Source: an uncultured Pelagibacteraceae bacterium (GTDB taxonomy: Bacteria > Pseudomonadota > Alphaproteobacteria > Pelagibacterales > Pelagibacteraceae). From it: 64,000 bases of DNA. This document shows, in pieces, positions 62,117 through 64,000 of this stretch. Within the stretch, counting starts at the first letter, position 1. The number at the start of each line of letters is the position of its first letter. The stretch is from contig CACGNF010000001.1 in the NCBI GenBank assembly GCA_902574345.1, forward strand, positions 59,137 through 123,136, in the 5' to 3' direction. Both the position numbers and the translations under genes were made by a program. Below the pieces are notes generated by a model. That model did no database searches and had not been told where the DNA came from. It saw only the letters and a list, made by a program, of their open reading frames with translations.

Positions 62117-62515
62117 TTATTTTGATACTATCTTTTTTATTGTTTTAAAAGGTAATAAAATACATTCTTTACGAGATAGATTTTTATTATTGAATATTTT
62201 ATTAAGCGATTTCCATTTTTTTTCAATATTTTCAACGTTTCCCTCAAAATAATGTTTTGCATCGTCGCACAATTGATTAATTTTAGATTTATTTTCATTC
62301 ATTGAAATTTTTGAAAGTAAACTTGCTGAAGCTTGACAATAAACACAGGACTTACCTTGATAACCAAAATCAATAATTTTATTTTTTCTGATAACCAAAT
62401 CTATTTGCATCTCATCACCGCACATTGAATTTTTCAATTTTGAGTGGTGTGTATAGTTTTTGATACTTTTGTTATTGTTGGTATCAGAGGCTATTTTAAG
62501 AATATCCAAATTCAT
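62117..62515 (-). CDS. NifU/IscU-like Fe-S scaffold domain protein
   Basis: CGD, SCVYCQASAS, RKECILLP. Confidence 0.8.
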   Translation of the reverse strand: MNLDILKIASDTNNNKSIKNYTHHSKLKNSMCGDEMQIDLVIRKNKIIDFGYQGKSCVYCQASASLLSKISMNENKSKINQLCDDAKHYFEGNVENIEKKWKSLNKIFNNKNLSRKECILLPFKTIKKIVSK

Positions 62516-62601
62516 ATTAATTTATTATATTAGTGTTAATACTTTGTATAACAATTTATTTTATGTTGTAGTACTAATCAATTAGATCTAAATATTCGAT
62601 T

Positions 62602-63507
62602 ATGGTTGAACTTAGAAATGAAAAAATAGCTGTACCGGTCGTTTTATTTGCAGGGATACTTTGGTCGTTTGGTCCTTTGGTAGTGAGATATATGAATGAT
62701 CCTCATATGGTTCCTTGGCAATATATTTTTGGTAGAGGTTTAACTATTTTTATTATTTTAAATTTATATTTATATTTTGAAGAGGGAATAAATTTTTACA
62801 AAAATTACAAAAAAGTAGGTAAATCAGGAATTGTTGGTGGCATGGGTCTTGGTATTGCAATGATTTCATTTATTTATTCGATAACGAACACTACTGCAGC
62901 AATCACTTTATTATGTTTAGCTGCAATGCCTTTTTTTACAGCATTATTAGCTTTTTTGTTTTTAAAAGAAAAAATTTCTCTAAATGTCTGGATATCAATA
63001 CTTATTGCAACTGTTGGCATTATAATCATGGCTGTTGGTAATACCGAAAAAAATTCTTTAATAGGTTTTGTTTTTGGACTTACATCATCAATAGGATTTT
63101 CAATTTTTTCAGTCACTTTAAGATGGAGAAAAGAAACTCCAAAATTCACAACAGTAGCTGTTGCAGGTTTATTTTGTTTCATAACTGCTACGATTATGAT
63201 TTTGGTCAATAAACAACCCTTTTTTGCTACAAGTTATAATAGTGCAATGTTTTCTTTACATGGGGTATTAGTGTGTTTAGGTCTTATTTTATATTCTATA
63301 GGATCTAAAGCAATCCAAGCAGCAGAGTTGACATTATTGTCTCTCACAGAAGTTATTGGAGGAATTTTTTGGGTATGGTTACCATTGTTCGGAATTAATG
63401 AAATTCCATCTACTAACACAATAGTGGGAGGTTTCTTTCTTTTTGTATCAATTATTTATTATAGCCTTATCATGAGGTGGAATAAGAGATACATCGCGCT
63501 AAATTAA
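62602..63507 (+). CDS. DMT/EamA family transporter
   Basis: About 10 TM, FLKEK and NEIP repeat ends. Confidence 0.88.
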   Translation: MVELRNEKIAVPVVLFAGILWSFGPLVVRYMNDPHMVPWQYIFGRGLTIFIILNLYLYFEEGINFYKNYKKVGKSGIVGGMGLGIAMISFIYSITNTTAAITLLCLAAMPFFTALLAFLFLKEKISLNVWISILIATVGIIIMAVGNTEKNSLIGFVFGLTSSIGFSIFSVTLRWRKETPKFTTVAVAGLFCFITATIMILVNKQPFFATSYNSAMFSLHGVLVCLGLILYSIGSKAIQAAELTLLSLTEVIGGIFWVWLPLFGINEIPSTNTIVGGFFLFVSIIYYSLIMRWNKRYIALN

Positions 63508-63512
63508 ATTTA

Positions 63513-64000
63513 ATGGATAGAAATAAAGTCATTGTAAATAGTTGGAATGAGTGGGATCCATTAAAACATGTAATTGTTGGAAGGGCAGACGGTGTATGTA
63601 TCCCAGCTCCTGAACCAGCGATTGATGCTAAAGTTCCTGAGGACTCTGATATGAAAGGTAAATTTGGTCCAAGAACAAAAGATACAATAGATAAAGCTAA
63701 TCAATTGTTAAATGATTTTTCAGAAATGTTATCTAAGCGTGGTATAAAAGTAGATAGACCAACACCAATAGATTTTAATCAAAATATTTCAACCCCTGAT
63801 TGGAAAGCTGAAACTATGTTTGGTTGTATGCCCCCAAGAGATGTTTTATTGACTGTCGGCAATGAAATTTTAGAAGCTACTATGAGTTATAGATGCAGAT
63901 GGTTTGAATATCTTTGCTATCGACCTCTTTTAAAAGAATATTATAATTCAGACCCGAACATGAGACATGAGTCGGCTCCTAAACCTAGATTAACTGATGC
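63513..64000 (+). CDS. Amidinotransferase, glycine amidinotransferase-like (3'-truncated by window edge)
   Basis: Hand translation MDRNKVIVNSWNEWDPLKHVIVGRA...CMPPRDVLLTVGNEILEATMSYRCRWFEY, matching AGAT-family NEWDPL and PRD motifs; not in ORF track. Confidence 0.88.
   Translation, partial: MDRNKVIVNSWNEWDPLKHVIVGRADGVCIPAPEPAIDAKVPEDSDMKGKFGPRTKDTIDKANQLLNDFSEMLSKRGIKVDRPTPIDFNQNISTPDWKAETMFGCMPPRDVLLTVGNEILEATMSYRCRWFEYLCYRPLLKEYYNSDPNMRHESAPKPRLTD

Noticed and set aside
579-63419. Many 60-135 aa antisense or alternate-frame ORFs (e.g. 579-893, 36442-36819, 42520-42897, 46927-47331, 62874-63209)
   Set aside because: Shadows of well-supported genes, expected from codon bias
1-64000. CRISPR arrays, IS elements, rRNA, programmed frameshifts
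   Set aside because: No repeat-spacer arrays, transposases or rRNA seen by eye; long A/T runs sit in intact Lys/Phe-rich frames

Overview
Very AT-rich, extremely gene-dense alphaproteobacterial chromosome segment. Gene content and order (proteorhodopsin-fdx-reductase-GST, umuDC, recA-alaS-icd, TRAP+pxpABC, glycine riboswitch-gcvTHP, NAD-dependent fdh) point to SAR11/Pelagibacterales; this is inferred from recognised proteins, not from a database search. It is mostly core genome: about 60 CDS, one tRNA-Leu(GAG) and a tandem glycine riboswitch, with no prophage, IS or CRISPR. Main observations: (1) a complete candidate furan-fatty-acid cluster (UfaD/UfaO/UfaM-like + DUF3833 + SDR) directly behind gcvP and next to tspO, selO and msrA; (2) two tiny hydrophobic ORFs missing from the ORF track, translationally coupled behind a zinc-free dksA; (3) a perfect 12-bp helix that can sequester the gcvT start codon, explaining the riboswitch mechanism; (4) alpha-type SOS boxes at umuD and recA plus a lone perfect DnaA box; (5) a structured proteorhodopsin leader (Q105, blue-tuned); (6) nadA-nadC without nadB; (7) a partial glycine-amidinotransferase-like gene at the right edge; (8) three single-gene candidate accessory insertions (beta-barrel, pilin, polysaccharide-lyase-like).
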